From positions 1-43,071 of the IMG/VR virus record IMGVR_UViG_3300036796_000078: 43,071 nucleotides of DNA, one strand, 5' to 3'. A program made the position numbers and the translations under genes. Numbering within the stretch: the stretch's first letter is position 1; every line of letters starts with the position of its first letter. Under the pieces are notes generated by a model. It did not search any database. It had not been told where the DNA came from and saw only the letters and a program-made list of their open reading frames with translations. The stretch is from a virus (Duplodnaviria; Caudoviricetes). Positions 1 to 8,060 of this stretch are shown one piece after another.

Positions 1-94
1 GGAGGCCGTGGCACTTACGCAAACGCCATAGAGCTGTACGCGCCTTGCCAATTTCCTGCATAACTTCCTGCTCGCTCATAAAATCAGTATTCAT
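1..94 (-). CDS. Excisionase/AlpA-like wHTH protein (partial, runs off the window)
   Basis: Read manually: MNTDFMSEQEVMQEIGKARTALWRLRKCHGL...; GGAGG RBS at ~98-102; last gene of the leftward operon, where xis normally sits. Confidence 0.7.
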   Translation of the reverse strand, partial: MNTDFMSEQEVMQEIGKARTALWRLRKCHGL

Positions 95-132
95 TTTTCC
101 TCCACGCTCACCCGCTGCAACGGGTTAATTTA

Positions 133-150
133 GCCGTGACATGTCACGGC
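133..150. repeat. Perfect 18-bp palindrome GCCGTGACATGTCACGGC (core GTGACATGTCAC, copy 1)
   Basis: Direct reading; overlaps the TGA stop of the 144-488 ORF. Confidence 0.9.
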
Positions 151-488
151 AGAATGTTTAATTTCATTTCATGCCAGCCGCGATTAGCCCAGCACGCTGC
201 TTCACCTTTGCATGGACAATCCTGCACCGGCAGTTGATCGCCACACTTACCACACTGCCGCTTACTGATTACCCGAATACGGCCACGCACACGCGCATCA
301 TCCTGGCGAATCAGCAACGCTATGTACTCGGCCATCTCATAGGGTTCGCGACCGGGGCGACGAGCGGCGCAGTTGTGCGCCAGCATCGCTAACTCCTGAC
401 TATCCAGAACCAGCTCCAGTTTCTGCTCGCCGGCAGCGGCCTGACGTGCGCGCTGTTCTGCTTTGCGTTCTGCAGGTGATTTAGGCAT
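144..488 (-). CDS. Conserved phage protein, possible ribbon-helix-helix-like N-terminus plus C-terminal Zn ribbon (CGKC...CPC...C)
   Basis: ORF overlaps the stop of the upstream gene; Cys cluster; fold call is inference. Confidence 0.75.
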   Translation of the reverse strand: MPKSPAERKAEQRARQAAAGEQKLELVLDSQELAMLAHNCAARRPGREPYEMAEYIALLIRQDDARVRGRIRVISKRQCGKCGDQLPVQDCPCKGEAACWANRGWHEMKLNILP

Positions 489-1518
489 GCTGAGCCTCCA
501 TGAATGCCTCTATGAATCCTTTCGCGACTTCCGCGTTGATCGCGTTACCGTAGGCGCGCAATCGTCCCACTCTTTGGGTAGCGCCATGAGCCAGCGGGAA
601 TGAGCCGGGTTCAACTGGCCTCCACTTTCCATCCCGGCAGAGGAGCCAGTCAGAATCTCTCCAAAAGCCGTTAGTCGCTGAGGCTCCGGCATAGGTTTTG
701 TTATGTCGATTCCCGAACCCTGAATCTGCGCACCGCAAAGCGCTGATGTTTTCCTGCTGCTGTCCGTGTTGCCCGCTGCATTGTTGCCGTTTTGTGGTGG
801 AGTCCCCGCCATCGGCGTAGGCCATCCCGCCAACGCAGCAGCCCAGCCTAGTTTGTTCGGCGTGGTCCTTCCGTCTCCACTCATTTGAACCTTGGTGCAA
901 TTGGTTATCATGCTTACCTGATGAGTTGGCCAACCCGCTAACTGTGCTTCCGATTGAAGGTTCATTCCACCCTGACGGCCGCTCGTTCCTGCTCCGGTTC
1001 CGTTGTTCGCTGTCGGAGTTGGCCACCCAGAAGAGTCGCTGCCTGATGTGCGGCGCACCGAAGCCCGCAGCGCAGATATCAAGAGCTGCTGCGGCGTATC
1101 CCGTTCCTTCCAGGTCAGTTTGTACAAGGTCGAACCAAGCAAGTCCGTCTTTGCTCGCAACCTGCTCTCCAAAGACTGTCTCAGGTCGCAGCTTTTCGAT
1201 GAGGTAGTGGAAGTGGGGCCAAAGGTGCCGCTCGTCATCAAACCCAGCACCTTTGCCTGCGTCGCTGAAAGGTTGGCATGGGCAGCTTCCTGTCCAGACA
1301 GGGCGATCGTCACTCCATCCTGACTGGCGGAGCGCGTAACTCCAGACGCCAATTCCGGCGAAGAAGTGACACTGTGTGAAGCCTCGCAAATCTCCGGGTG
1401 TAACATCCTCAATACTCCTTTCATCAACAACGCCAGCGGCGATGTGTCCTGCTTCAATTAAGTTACGCAGCCACTGGGCGGCGTAGGGGTCGATTTCGTT
1501 GTAGTAAGCGGGCATCAT
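481..1518 (-). CDS. DNA cytosine-C5 methyltransferase, large (alpha-like) chain lacking motif IX
   Basis: Motif [45 protein letters not shown]. Confidence 0.9.
   Translation of the reverse strand: MMPAYYNEIDPYAAQWLRNLIEAGHIAAGVVDERSIEDVTPGDLRGFTQCHFFAGIGVWSYALRQSGWSDDRPVWTGSCPCQPFSDAGKGAGFDDERHLWPHFHYLIEKLRPETVFGEQVASKDGLAWFDLVQTDLEGTGYAAAALDICAAGFGAPHIRQRLFWVANSDSEQRNRSRNERPSGWNEPSIGSTVSGLANSSGKHDNQLHQGSNEWRRKDHAEQTRLGCCVGGMAYADGGDSTTKRQQCSGQHGQQQENISALRCADSGFGNRHNKTYAGASATNGFWRDSDWLLCRDGKWRPVEPGSFPLAHGATQRVGRLRAYGNAINAEVAKGFIEAFMEAQHA
510..1238 (-). CDS. Overprinted alternative-frame ORF: putative beta chain of the C5 MTase (3 GWPT repeats plus motif IX); start uncertain, frame open from 1457
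   Basis: 315-codon same-strand ORF nested in the MTase; [14 protein letters not shown] resembles motif IX; ATG at 1238 has AAGGTG upstream. Confidence 0.7.
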   Translation of the reverse strand: MTSGTFGPTSTTSSKSCDLRQSLESRLRAKTDLLGSTLYKLTWKERDTPQQLLISALRASVRRTSGSDSSGWPTPTANNGTGAGTSGRQGGMNLQSEAQLAGWPTHQVSMITNCTKVQMSGDGRTTPNKLGWAAALAGWPTPMAGTPPQNGNNAAGNTDSSRKTSALCGAQIQGSGIDITKPMPEPQRLTAFGEILTGSSAGMESGGQLNPAHSRWLMALPKEWDDCAPTVTRSTRKSRKDS

Positions 1519-2232
1519 TCACATCTCCACGCGCTTAAACTCAATGACCCACACCCACGGGTTAGCCTGCCATCTACCTTTACCGCTTAGCGACTCCCAC
1601 AGACCACGGAAAGAATTAGATGCAGACATAGTGCAGCGAAGGCCGTTTTTAATACCGACCGGGAAATATTCGTGATACATCTTCGGCAGATCGGGATCAT
1701 GTGGCAAGGGCTCGATCCCCTCGGCGACAGCATCCGATTCACTAATATCCTGCAACCGCTCCACACGAACGCCGGTAATCTCCAGCGTTATGCGGGAAGC
1801 CCAGCGCGGCATGTGGATGGATGGAGTCCAATTTTCAGGCGATACAGGCTTATTGCAATTTACGACTGGCACGCGGTGCGTTTGCTGCGTCCAACTTTGT
1901 CTTTCGCTGGCGCGATACACCAGAGTTGCAACGTCCGTAGCTCTGCTATGAACACGAAACGTCTCACGCACCCACAGGCGATCACCTACTGCACCGAACG
2001 GGCAGCACATGCTGAAGTATTCATGCGCATCAGGCAGATTCGCGCAATTACCAGGAATAAAGTCGGAGACGTGGACCATGCTGCGCGTCTTGTTGCATGA
2101 GAACCAGAAATCACTCTCACGAGTTTTACTCGGCACTGGCTGAACCTTCATGATCCGGCGCGTCTGCGTCTTTCTGCCTTCCAGAACTGCACGAACCATT
2201 TCGGCGTTGAAGATAATTCCGCGCTCACGCAT
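1519..2232 (-). CDS. ASCH/PUA-like phage protein
   Basis: GIIFNAEMVRAVLEGRKTQTRR, GDRLWVRETF and NPWVWVIEF are typical of this phage family. Confidence 0.75.
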   Translation of the reverse strand: MRERGIIFNAEMVRAVLEGRKTQTRRIMKVQPVPSKTRESDFWFSCNKTRSMVHVSDFIPGNCANLPDAHEYFSMCCPFGAVGDRLWVRETFRVHSRATDVATLVYRASERQSWTQQTHRVPVVNCNKPVSPENWTPSIHMPRWASRITLEITGVRVERLQDISESDAVAEGIEPLPHDPDLPKMYHEYFPVGIKNGLRCTMSASNSFRGLWESLSGKGRWQANPWVWVIEFKRVEM

Positions 2233-2644
2233 GGCGTTTCACCTCTGCAATTATTGGCAGAAGCGCTGCTTGCTCACGCACTGCATTGATGGCGTCGTCT
2301 GAATAGCCCCAGATATTGCCGTCACAAATGCTTCTGCGCTCCATGCCGAGGTAATAGGGGTGAATTTGGGTGCCACGAATTATGTACTCACGCATCATTT
2401 CAACGAAGTCACGCAGCGTGCCGCCATGAGTAAAGCCGCGCCACTTATTGGTGAAGCGCGTTTTATGAGTGAAAATTAATTTCCCGCTGTATTCGTCGAG
2501 AAACCAAACCCGCCCACGCCTATCAACCAACATCTCAGCTGTCTTTCCTGTCGCCTCACTGAAGAAAAAGCGGCGGCCGTGTGCTGAAATAACCTGAATG
2601 AGTTGGTTAGCGTGTGCCAAACGTTCTTGTTTGGTAGTCATCAC
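2225..2644 (-). CDS. Hypothetical phage protein
   Basis: Overlapping start/stop coupling with both neighbours. Confidence 0.75.
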   Translation of the reverse strand: MMTTKQERLAHANQLIQVISAHGRRFFFSEATGKTAEMLVDRRGRVWFLDEYSGKLIFTHKTRFTNKWRGFTHGGTLRDFVEMMREYIIRGTQIHPYYLGMERRSICDGNIWGYSDDAINAVREQAALLPIIAEVKRHA

Positions 2645-3435
2645 TCACCATCCTTAGCAGCACGGAGCCAAATGCACACTGCGCCGTCTTCCGTGTCATG
2701 GATAGATGCAACGAACCAACCTTCACCTGCTGGCGCTTCTGGTTGCCAGGAAGAGATGTCATAACCATCAACGTTCGGGTCTATTTCTTCTTCATCGCGG
2801 TACTGGATAGAGCATCTCAATCCCTGCTGTTTCAACCATTCATTGAACTCATCAGCAGCAATGTTTTCGCGTCCATCGCAAAAATTTTCGTAAACTGGAT
2901 GCGTCCAGTAACCGTATTTGTCACGCTCAACCGGTAATGCACTCAGTTGCTGCTGATCGCTATCATTAGATTCATCAGCGATAGGTGCCGCCATAGCTGG
3001 TAGAAGGTCGTAATCACAGATTGAATGAATGTGCTCGCCAAGATGCGTGTCTTCATCCCCACGCGGGCGCTCATTGTTTTTAGTTGCCTGCTGCATCACC
3101 ACACCCCAACAAACGGTTTCAACCTCCTCAGACCATCCGTCGCAGGCATCACCGAGGTAATCATCAATGGCACTTTGTGCGGCATCAGCGGCTTCTTTCG
3201 CACTGTTAAACGTCTCGAAACCGTACTCCGAGCCATAAAAGAAAAAGCCAGCTCCAGACTTCAGTTTCATGTTTTCAACAGACAGAACATCAGCACGCAC
3301 TGTCATAACTTCAAGGCGAGTCGCCAAATCAGAAACTAGCTTGGCAATTTCCGTTAATGGGGCATCGGCACCTTGTGCGATTGCAAAAGCGTGACCTGCT
3401 GCTACCAGTTCTTTGTTTGATTTTTGCTTAGTCAT
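2641..3435 (-). CDS. Ea/Ead-like multi-module early phage protein
   Basis: Coiled-coil N-terminus plus acidic modules (YWTHP...GWFVASIHDTEDG); GAGGG RBS; position in the ea region. Confidence 0.7.
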   Translation of the reverse strand: MTKQKSNKELVAAGHAFAIAQGADAPLTEIAKLVSDLATRLEVMTVRADVLSVENMKLKSGAGFFFYGSEYGFETFNSAKEAADAAQSAIDDYLGDACDGWSEEVETVCWGVVMQQATKNNERPRGDEDTHLGEHIHSICDYDLLPAMAAPIADESNDSDQQQLSALPVERDKYGYWTHPVYENFCDGRENIAADEFNEWLKQQGLRCSIQYRDEEEIDPNVDGYDISSWQPEAPAGEGWFVASIHDTEDGAVCIWLRAAKDGE

Positions 3436-3446
3436 GCTGGTGGCCC

Positions 3447-3608
3447 TCAGTGAACGGTACGGCTAGCGCTGTTGAGGCGCTCGGCAGCTTTCTGGGCTGC
3501 GATTGGGTTACTGATCACTGAGCCGTCAGGCATAATCCAGCCGGCTAAAATGATGCTGTAGGGCAGGGTGACAATGCCCACGGTGATATGGTCCTTCGAA
3601 TGCTGCAT
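3447..3608 (-). CDS. DUF1317-like small protein (lambda orf61-like), 53 aa, not in the ORF track
   Basis: MQHSKDHITVGIVTLPYSIILAGWIMPDGSVISNPIAAQKAAERLN...; GGAGGA RBS. Confidence 0.8.
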   Translation of the reverse strand: MQHSKDHITVGIVTLPYSIILAGWIMPDGSVISNPIAAQKAAERLNSASRTVH

Positions 3609-3734
3609 ACATCCTCCACGCTTTTTTGGTTACGGGAATCCCTTGCCATTGCTGGCAATAAATCACTGAGGGATTCATTTAATTGGCTGACAGGCTCTGC
3701 AAAACCTGTAGCCTCGTTACTCCACGTTGAAAGG

Positions 3735-3872
3735 TATTGCGGTGCCGGGTGCCTCCCGGAGCTCTGGCTGAACTGGCAATAACCAGAGCGGGTTTAGACT
3801 TTGAGCCTCAACCGATCGCGTAATCGTTTGGGCCAGTTCACCACACTCGCACTTGGTGCCATCACCACAATA
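3735..3872 (-). ncRNA. Putative pseudoknotted structured RNA, copy 1
   Basis: Closing stem 3872-3863/3744-3735; CCGGG-AGGCA-CCCGG hairpin; stem 3789-3781/3769-3761 whose loop (3777-3770) is complementary to 3839-3832; same architecture as 37281-37398. Confidence 0.75.
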
Positions 3873-3944
3873 GAAATATCACTGCTAGGAAAGCGGCAGA
3901 TTGGGTTATGAGTCCCGTTACCGCCCAGTGATATTGCTGTTGTG
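3866..3944 (-). other. Long stem, RNase III-like processing site B
   Basis: 19-bp inverted repeat 3866-3884/3926-3944 with 2 differences. Confidence 0.6.
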
Positions 3945-4134
3945 TGCTGACCTCCCAGCCAGCGTGGTTCGGGTAACTGCGCCACCACGCAGCTTACGAA
4001 CTGGCAGACTTTTACGGTGCTGCCCCCGATGTTGTGTTCACAGGCCTATGCGATTCCCCGCCGTTCCATGAGGTCTTGTTGGCCATATTGGCGCTTAGCG
4101 CCGAACTGTTCCGCATTACCTGATCCTCCACAAC
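3939..4134 (-). ncRNA. Putative structured RNA, divergent longer relative of copies 1 and 2
   Basis: GTTGTG/CACAAC ends; stem 3990-3984/3968-3962 with loop complementary to 4120-4112; 3' hairpin GCTG-GGAGGT-CAGC. Confidence 0.5.
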
Positions 4135-4199
4135 GTTGAGAGCACTTGACGCCTCTGTGACGCGGCTCGGTGCGCCCGTCAAATGCTCTCATCGTTGTG
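4129..4199 (-). other. Long stem, RNase III-like processing site A
   Basis: 23-bp inverted repeat 4129-4151/4177-4199 with 2 differences. Confidence 0.65.
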
Positions 4200-4278
4200 A
4201 AAAAGTGGCGGTTAAACCGGTCGAACACTATCTTCCCTCTCCTGATAGGGTTGAAAGCCCCGGAGAAACCGCCAAAAC
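4200..4278 (-). ncRNA. Multibranched hairpin with U-run; ends resemble DicF-type elements
   Basis: Transcript TTTGGCGGTT...AACCGCCACTTTTT with internal hairpins; DicF resemblance is limited to the ends and position. Confidence 0.4.
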
Positions 4279-4287
4279 ACTCAACGT

Positions 4288-4443
4288 TTAAAACACAGAC
4301 TTGTATTCCACATCCACTTCACAGCATTCGAACGTCATGACACCGTTATCTGCATCACAGATGAGTTCGGCATCAGGGAAGAGGTACAGGAAGGTGATCA
4401 AGTCCCGTAAGCTGGTGTCGGCCATTTGCTTGATCATCTTCAC
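4288..4443 (-). CDS. Small acidic protein (51 aa), first gene of the pL transcript, not in the ORF track
   Basis: GTG start with GAGG RBS; MKMIKQMADTSLRDLITFLYLFPDAELICDADNGVMTFECCEVDVEYKSVF. Confidence 0.7.
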   Translation of the reverse strand: MKMIKQMADTSLRDLITFLYLFPDAELICDADNGVMTFECCEVDVEYKSVF

Positions 4444-4475
4444 TGCGTCAACCTCAAGTATCATTCGATGACTAG

Positions 4476-4518
4476 AATATAACTACTTTAAGTAGAGAAT
4501 TGCAACTACAAAAAGTAG
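4476..4518 (-). promoter_or_regulatory. pL promoter with oL operators
   Basis: -35 TTGCAA (4505-4500), -10 TATATT (4481-4476); operators CTACTTTAAGTAG 4483-4495 and CTACAAAAAGTAG 4506-4518. Confidence 0.8.
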
Positions 4519-4570
4519 AAAATATTTGCATCATGCGTCATTAAATACTTATGTGGCTGTTTTCAGGCAT

Positions 4571-4592
4571 AAAAAAACCGGCTTTCGCCGGT
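4571..4592 (-). terminator. Intrinsic terminator downstream of cI
   Basis: ACCGGC-GAAA-GCCGGT followed by a T-run on the minus strand. Confidence 0.85.
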
Positions 4593-4610
4593 CATTTTCT
4601 TTGGAAGTGG

Positions 4611-5291
4611 TTATCCAAAATCGAGCATCTTTAGGGGTAAGCACCTGATAAGTTTGCCGAAGATATGTAAATCCGACATCTCGCACTCTTCGATGTAGAA
4701 AGGGGGATAGTTTTCATTGTCTGACAGCACGGCAAGCTTTCTACCTTTAACCTTCTGTAGCCGCTTAACAAAAGTAGAATCTTCGAAATTGAAAACGTAG
4801 ACGCCGTCGCCGTTAAAGTGATCAATGCTTCTGTCCACAAAAAGCAAATCTCTCGGGCTTAAGGTTGGCATCATACTGTCGCCATCAACGTTGATAAGCT
4901 CAATCCCGTCTAACGTTTTCCGGCCAAATAATTCATAAACGCGTTCATCCGGTATTTCAATCGAGCTGATTACAGTAGGGAACGGCTGGTTTATATATCC
5001 ATGACCTGCAGAGGCATGTAGATCGAACTGTTTGATTCTTACTGTCCCTTTATCTGGCCTATCAAAGCCTTCCATGACTCCGTAATCAAGGTATGCCGGT
5101 GAGACCGACAATTTCTCGGCGATCTTCAACATCTTTTCATCCCTCGGCTTTGCTGTGCCCAGAGTGTAGCGCCGCGCCATCTCATAAGAGACGCCACTCA
5201 ATTCGGATAACTCTTTAACCCCAAACGCCATTATCTGGAGCGACTTGTTAAGCCGATCGGCAAAGTCTTTGTATTTAGCTTCTTCCACCAT
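4611..5291 (-). CDS. cI: CI-like repressor (HTH plus S24 peptidase)
   Basis: HTH N-terminus; ASAG cleavage site, GDSM Ser and FVKRL Lys; start reassigned to ATG 5291 because the longer ORF runs through oR. Confidence 0.93.
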   Translation of the reverse strand: MVEEAKYKDFADRLNKSLQIMAFGVKELSELSGVSYEMARRYTLGTAKPRDEKMLKIAEKLSVSPAYLDYGVMEGFDRPDKGTVRIKQFDLHASAGHGYINQPFPTVISSIEIPDERVYELFGRKTLDGIELINVDGDSMMPTLSPRDLLFVDRSIDHFNGDGVYVFNFEDSTFVKRLQKVKGRKLAVLSDNENYPPFYIEECEMSDLHIFGKLIRCLPLKMLDFG

Positions 5292-5298
5292 GAGTGGA

Positions 5299-5368
5299 AG
5301 ATTAAGCGCACAAAACATAGTTGTCATTTCTATTTTAAGTTGCAATTAATTACTACTTTAAGTAGTAT
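5299..5368. promoter_or_regulatory. oR with divergent pR and pRM
   Basis: Operators 5353-5365 (identical to oL1) and 5330-5342; pR TTGCAA(5340)-17-TAGTAT(5363); pRM ATGACA(5327)-17-TAATCT(5304) on the minus strand. Confidence 0.8.
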
Positions 5369-5398
5369 CAATTTCATCCCATCTATGAGGAAAGAGAG

Positions 5399-5638
5399 AT
5401 GCAAGAAGGCTTCAAGAACGTAAGCGACAAAGCTGTTAAGGCGGTCGGCTCAATGTCAGAGGTTTCACGTCGATTTGGTTTCGGTTCTGTCCAGTCTGTT
5501 GCCAACTGGATTTCTAAAAACCGAGTGCCGCCAGAGCGAGTGATTCCGCTTTGCGAGTGGGGAGGTTGGTCAGTCACCCCACACCAATTAAGGCCTGATA
5601 TTTATCCAAACGCAAAAGATGGCCTGCCAGTTAAGTAA
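5399..5638 (+). CDS. cro: Cro-like repressor (YdaS family)
   Basis: HTH, QSVANW...VPPERV...LRPDIY; divergent from cI. Confidence 0.88.
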   Translation: MQEGFKNVSDKAVKAVGSMSEVSRRFGFGSVQSVANWISKNRVPPERVIPLCEWGGWSVTPHQLRPDIYPNAKDGLPVK

Positions 5639-5688
5639 TCAGGGTAAAAGATGCGCAATTTAAATTTAACTACCGCAGGAAAAGCAAA

Positions 5689-6219
5689 ATGGTAGACACC
5701 ATCAACACAGCAATTCGCCTGATGTGCAAAGCACACCCACACGGTCGTTTGGGTATGGCTGATGACATGGGCATGACCATCGACCAGTTCCACAACCACC
5801 TATACCGCAAGTGCGGCAGTCGCTTTTTCTCGCTGGATGAGCTGCAGCAAATGGAAGACCTGTCGCGCAGCACCTACCTGGCTGAGTACTTCGCTAATCG
5901 CAAAGGCCTGACGCTGGTGGACGTTTCAACCGTTGAAAAAGTGGACAAGGTTGATCTGTATGACATCGAGCTGCGCAACAAAGCCACTGCCGGGAATCTG
6001 GCGATAGCTAAGCAGGAAGCGGTAGCAGACGGTGTTATTGACCAGAAGGAGCTTAAAACGCTGTCTGGATTGTTTCAGCAAAAGATGCGCGGCCAGATTC
6101 ATGGCTTTCTTGGCTTTCTCGCGCTGTACGGCGTTGGCGTGACAGAGCATTCGGTAGACATGTTCATGTCCAACCGCAAAGCAGAAGTGGGCATGCAGAT
6201 TCAGGCACAGGAATTATGA
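5689..6219 (+). CDS. CII-position regulator (YmfL-like)
   Basis: HTH-like N-terminus, ADGVIDQKE motif, follows cro. Confidence 0.75.
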   Translation: MVDTINTAIRLMCKAHPHGRLGMADDMGMTIDQFHNHLYRKCGSRFFSLDELQQMEDLSRSTYLAEYFANRKGLTLVDVSTVEKVDKVDLYDIELRNKATAGNLAIAKQEAVADGVIDQKELKTLSGLFQQKMRGQIHGFLGFLALYGVGVTEHSVDMFMSNRKAEVGMQIQAQEL

Positions 6220-6307
6220 GATGGGTAGAGCAGAAAGGTTGAGCGCCCCAGTTTGCAGACCGGAGCGCTCGGCATCGTCAAATCAACTTGCGTGGAGAAG
6301 TAACGAC

Positions 6308-6649
6308 ATGAACAGCTTAATTCAAACAAGACCTTCAGTGCAATTCCGCTGCCGCGTGGAGGCTGGTCAGTTGCGGTATGAGCAAATATTACGCGTTGCA
6401 GGTCAGGCCGACAACTACCAGTCAGCGGAACCGTTGGTAGTTCAGAACGCCTGGAATGATTTTTATCGTAATCAGGAGCCCGCCAAATGCGAATACTTGA
6501 CCGCTGGTTCACTGATCGTCGGGGCATTCCTGTTCGCGTTATCCGCTGGGAACCAGAATCAAACCGCGTTATTTACCTTCGCACTAATTACGAACATGGC
6601 GAGTGCTTCAGTCCTCTCCTCCAGTTCCAGCGCGACTTTCGGGAAATAG
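6308..6649 (+). CDS. Hypothetical protein; 3' part overlaps the next gene
   Basis: GGAGAAG RBS before ATG 6308; length uncertain. Confidence 0.45.
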   Translation: MNSLIQTRPSVQFRCRVEAGQLRYEQILRVAGQADNYQSAEPLVVQNAWNDFYRNQEPAKCEYLTAGSLIVGAFLFALSAGNQNQTALFTFALITNMASASVLSSSSSATFGK

Positions 6650-6681
6650 AGGCACCGCATGAGTTTACTTCTGAAGGTTAA
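6487..6681 (+). CDS. DUF4222-like small protein
   Basis: DRRGIPVRVIRW...VIYLR...F..DF; AGGAG RBS; precedes the replication gene. Confidence 0.75.
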   Translation: MRILDRWFTDRRGIPVRVIRWEPESNRVIYLRTNYEHGECFSPLLQFQRDFREIEAPHEFTSEG

Positions 6682-7528
6682 GCCGCTGGTAGTTAGCCCT
6701 GTGCTTGCATGCCGTATTGGCCTCAATGAAGCGATCGTGCTTCAGCAGATTTGCTATTGGCTGGAGGACACCACATCGGGTGTTGAGCATGAAGGCCGCC
6801 GCTGGGTTTACAACACCATTGAAGACTGGAATGAGCAATTTCCGTGGTGGTCATCAGACACGGTAAAACGCGCTCTGACATCGCTTAAAAAAAGCGGGCT
6901 TATCTACGTCGAGCAGTTAAAAAAGACGCAGCATGACCGCACGAATTTTTACGCGATTAACCACGCAAACCCACTGTTATCCGATGAGTGCAAATTGCCC
7001 TCATCGAAGGATGCAAATTGCACTCATCGAACAGGGCAAGATGCACCAATCGAACAGGGCAAATTAAACCCATCGATGGGGGCAAATTGCACTCGTCTTA
7101 CAGAGAATACAACAGAGATTACTACAGAGATTACAGGTAAAAACCCTTGTCCGGTTTCTGCGAAACCCGACGATGAACAGGATGAGTTCAGGGTTCTTGA
7201 TCATCTGAATCGGGCTGCTGGCCTGCGCTACCAGAAATCACGGTCATCACTCGGACCAATTCGCGGACGCCTGGCAGAAGATTTTACAGCCGAAGAACTA
7301 ATTCTCGCCGTGGATTACACGATCGCCAAATGGGCTGATGACGCCAAGATGCGCGATTACGTCCGCCCGGAAACAATCTTCCGACAGGGTAAATTTCCCG
7401 CGTACCTCGGCTCGGCTCAGGCATGGGAGCGCGCTGGCCGTCCGCCATGCATCAAGGGCAAGTGGCAGCGCGACACCACACAGGTGGCGAGCATGGATTA
7501 TCAGATTCCTGACGGCTTCCGGGGGTAA
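6659..7528 (+). CDS. Phage replication initiator (O-position)
   Basis: wHTH N-terminus, internal iterons, conserved C-terminal YVRPETIF domain. Confidence 0.85.
   Translation: MSLLLKVKPLVVSPVLACRIGLNEAIVLQQICYWLEDTTSGVEHEGRRWVYNTIEDWNEQFPWWSSDTVKRALTSLKKSGLIYVEQLKKTQHDRTNFYAINHANPLLSDECKLPSSKDANCTHRTGQDAPIEQGKLNPSMGANCTRLTENTTEITTEITGKNPCPVSAKPDDEQDEFRVLDHLNRAAGLRYQKSRSSLGPIRGRLAEDFTAEELILAVDYTIAKWADDAKMRDYVRPETIFRQGKFPAYLGSAQAWERAGRPPCIKGKWQRDTTQVASMDYQIPDGFRG
6990..7135 (+). repeat. Replication origin: five 23-bp iterons plus three 12-bp A-rich repeats
   Basis: GCAAATTG-type units at 6990, 7013, 7036, 7059, 7082; ACAGAGA(A/T)TAC repeats at 7100-7135. Confidence 0.85.
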
Positions 7529-7530
7529 CG

Positions 7531-7941
7531 ATGAACACTGAAACGCTGATCCTTACGCACCTGATGGCCTTTCCCGGACAGACCCCGGCGCAGATCGCCA
7601 GAGCAATCGGGCGCACGCGTAGCACGGTGGTTTCCGCATTGCCGGTGATGACCGCTGTTGGTGATGTCTGGAGCGATGCCGAAGCCCATTACTTCACTGC
7701 AGAGCCAGCTGGCGAAGGCGATGAGAAATACATTGCCCTCTGCGACAAGGCCTACAGCCTTCAGGGGCGCAATCTGTGGAACCGCGCCGCCAATGTCTGG
7801 CAGCAGGCGCAGCAGTCAACCCGCAAGGCTGGTCTTCGTGAGAAAGCGAGAATCCGGGCAAACATGTGTGTTGCGAAGGCGAAAGAGCGTGACCCGAAGC
7901 CGTTACCCGATCCGTTCTGCGTGCGAGGTAAACGCCGATGA
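7531..7941 (+). CDS. HTH plus PerC-like domain protein
   Basis: TPAQIARAIGRTRSTV HTH; LQGRNLWNRAANVW resembles PerC. Confidence 0.7.
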   Translation: MNTETLILTHLMAFPGQTPAQIARAIGRTRSTVVSALPVMTAVGDVWSDAEAHYFTAEPAGEGDEKYIALCDKAYSLQGRNLWNRAANVWQQAQQSTRKAGLREKARIRANMCVAKAKERDPKPLPDPFCVRGKRR

Positions 7942-8060
7942 TGGCAGCTATCAAAGCGCACTACTGGCGCAACGAAGATTACTACCGTGGCATTCGCGCA
8001 GCGGTTCTGATGATTACCGGTTTAGTTATTGCCCTGATATGGGAGTTGAAAACAGCATGA
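7938..8060 (+). CDS. 40-aa single-TM protein, not in the ORF track
   Basis: ATGA overlaps at both ends; MMAAIKAHYWRNEDYYRGIRAAVLMITGLVIALIWELKTA. Confidence 0.65.
   Translation: MMAAIKAHYWRNEDYYRGIRAAVLMITGLVIALIWELKTA

Noticed and set aside
136-147. Calling the palindrome a canonical matS site
   Set aside because: Spacer is 2 nt rather than the 3 nt of GTGACRNYGTCAC; kept as an unassigned motif
3794-4228. ORFs 3794-3988 and 4046-4228 (-) as proteins
   Set aside because: No convincing RBS or family features; region better explained by RNA structure
6990-7135. Regular 23-bp repeats as a CRISPR array
   Set aside because: No spacers, inside the replication gene, no cas genes; these are iterons
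7658-8056. 133-aa N-terminal extension of the ParB-like ORF
   Set aside because: Overlaps two better-supported genes; RBS and ATGA coupling favour 8057
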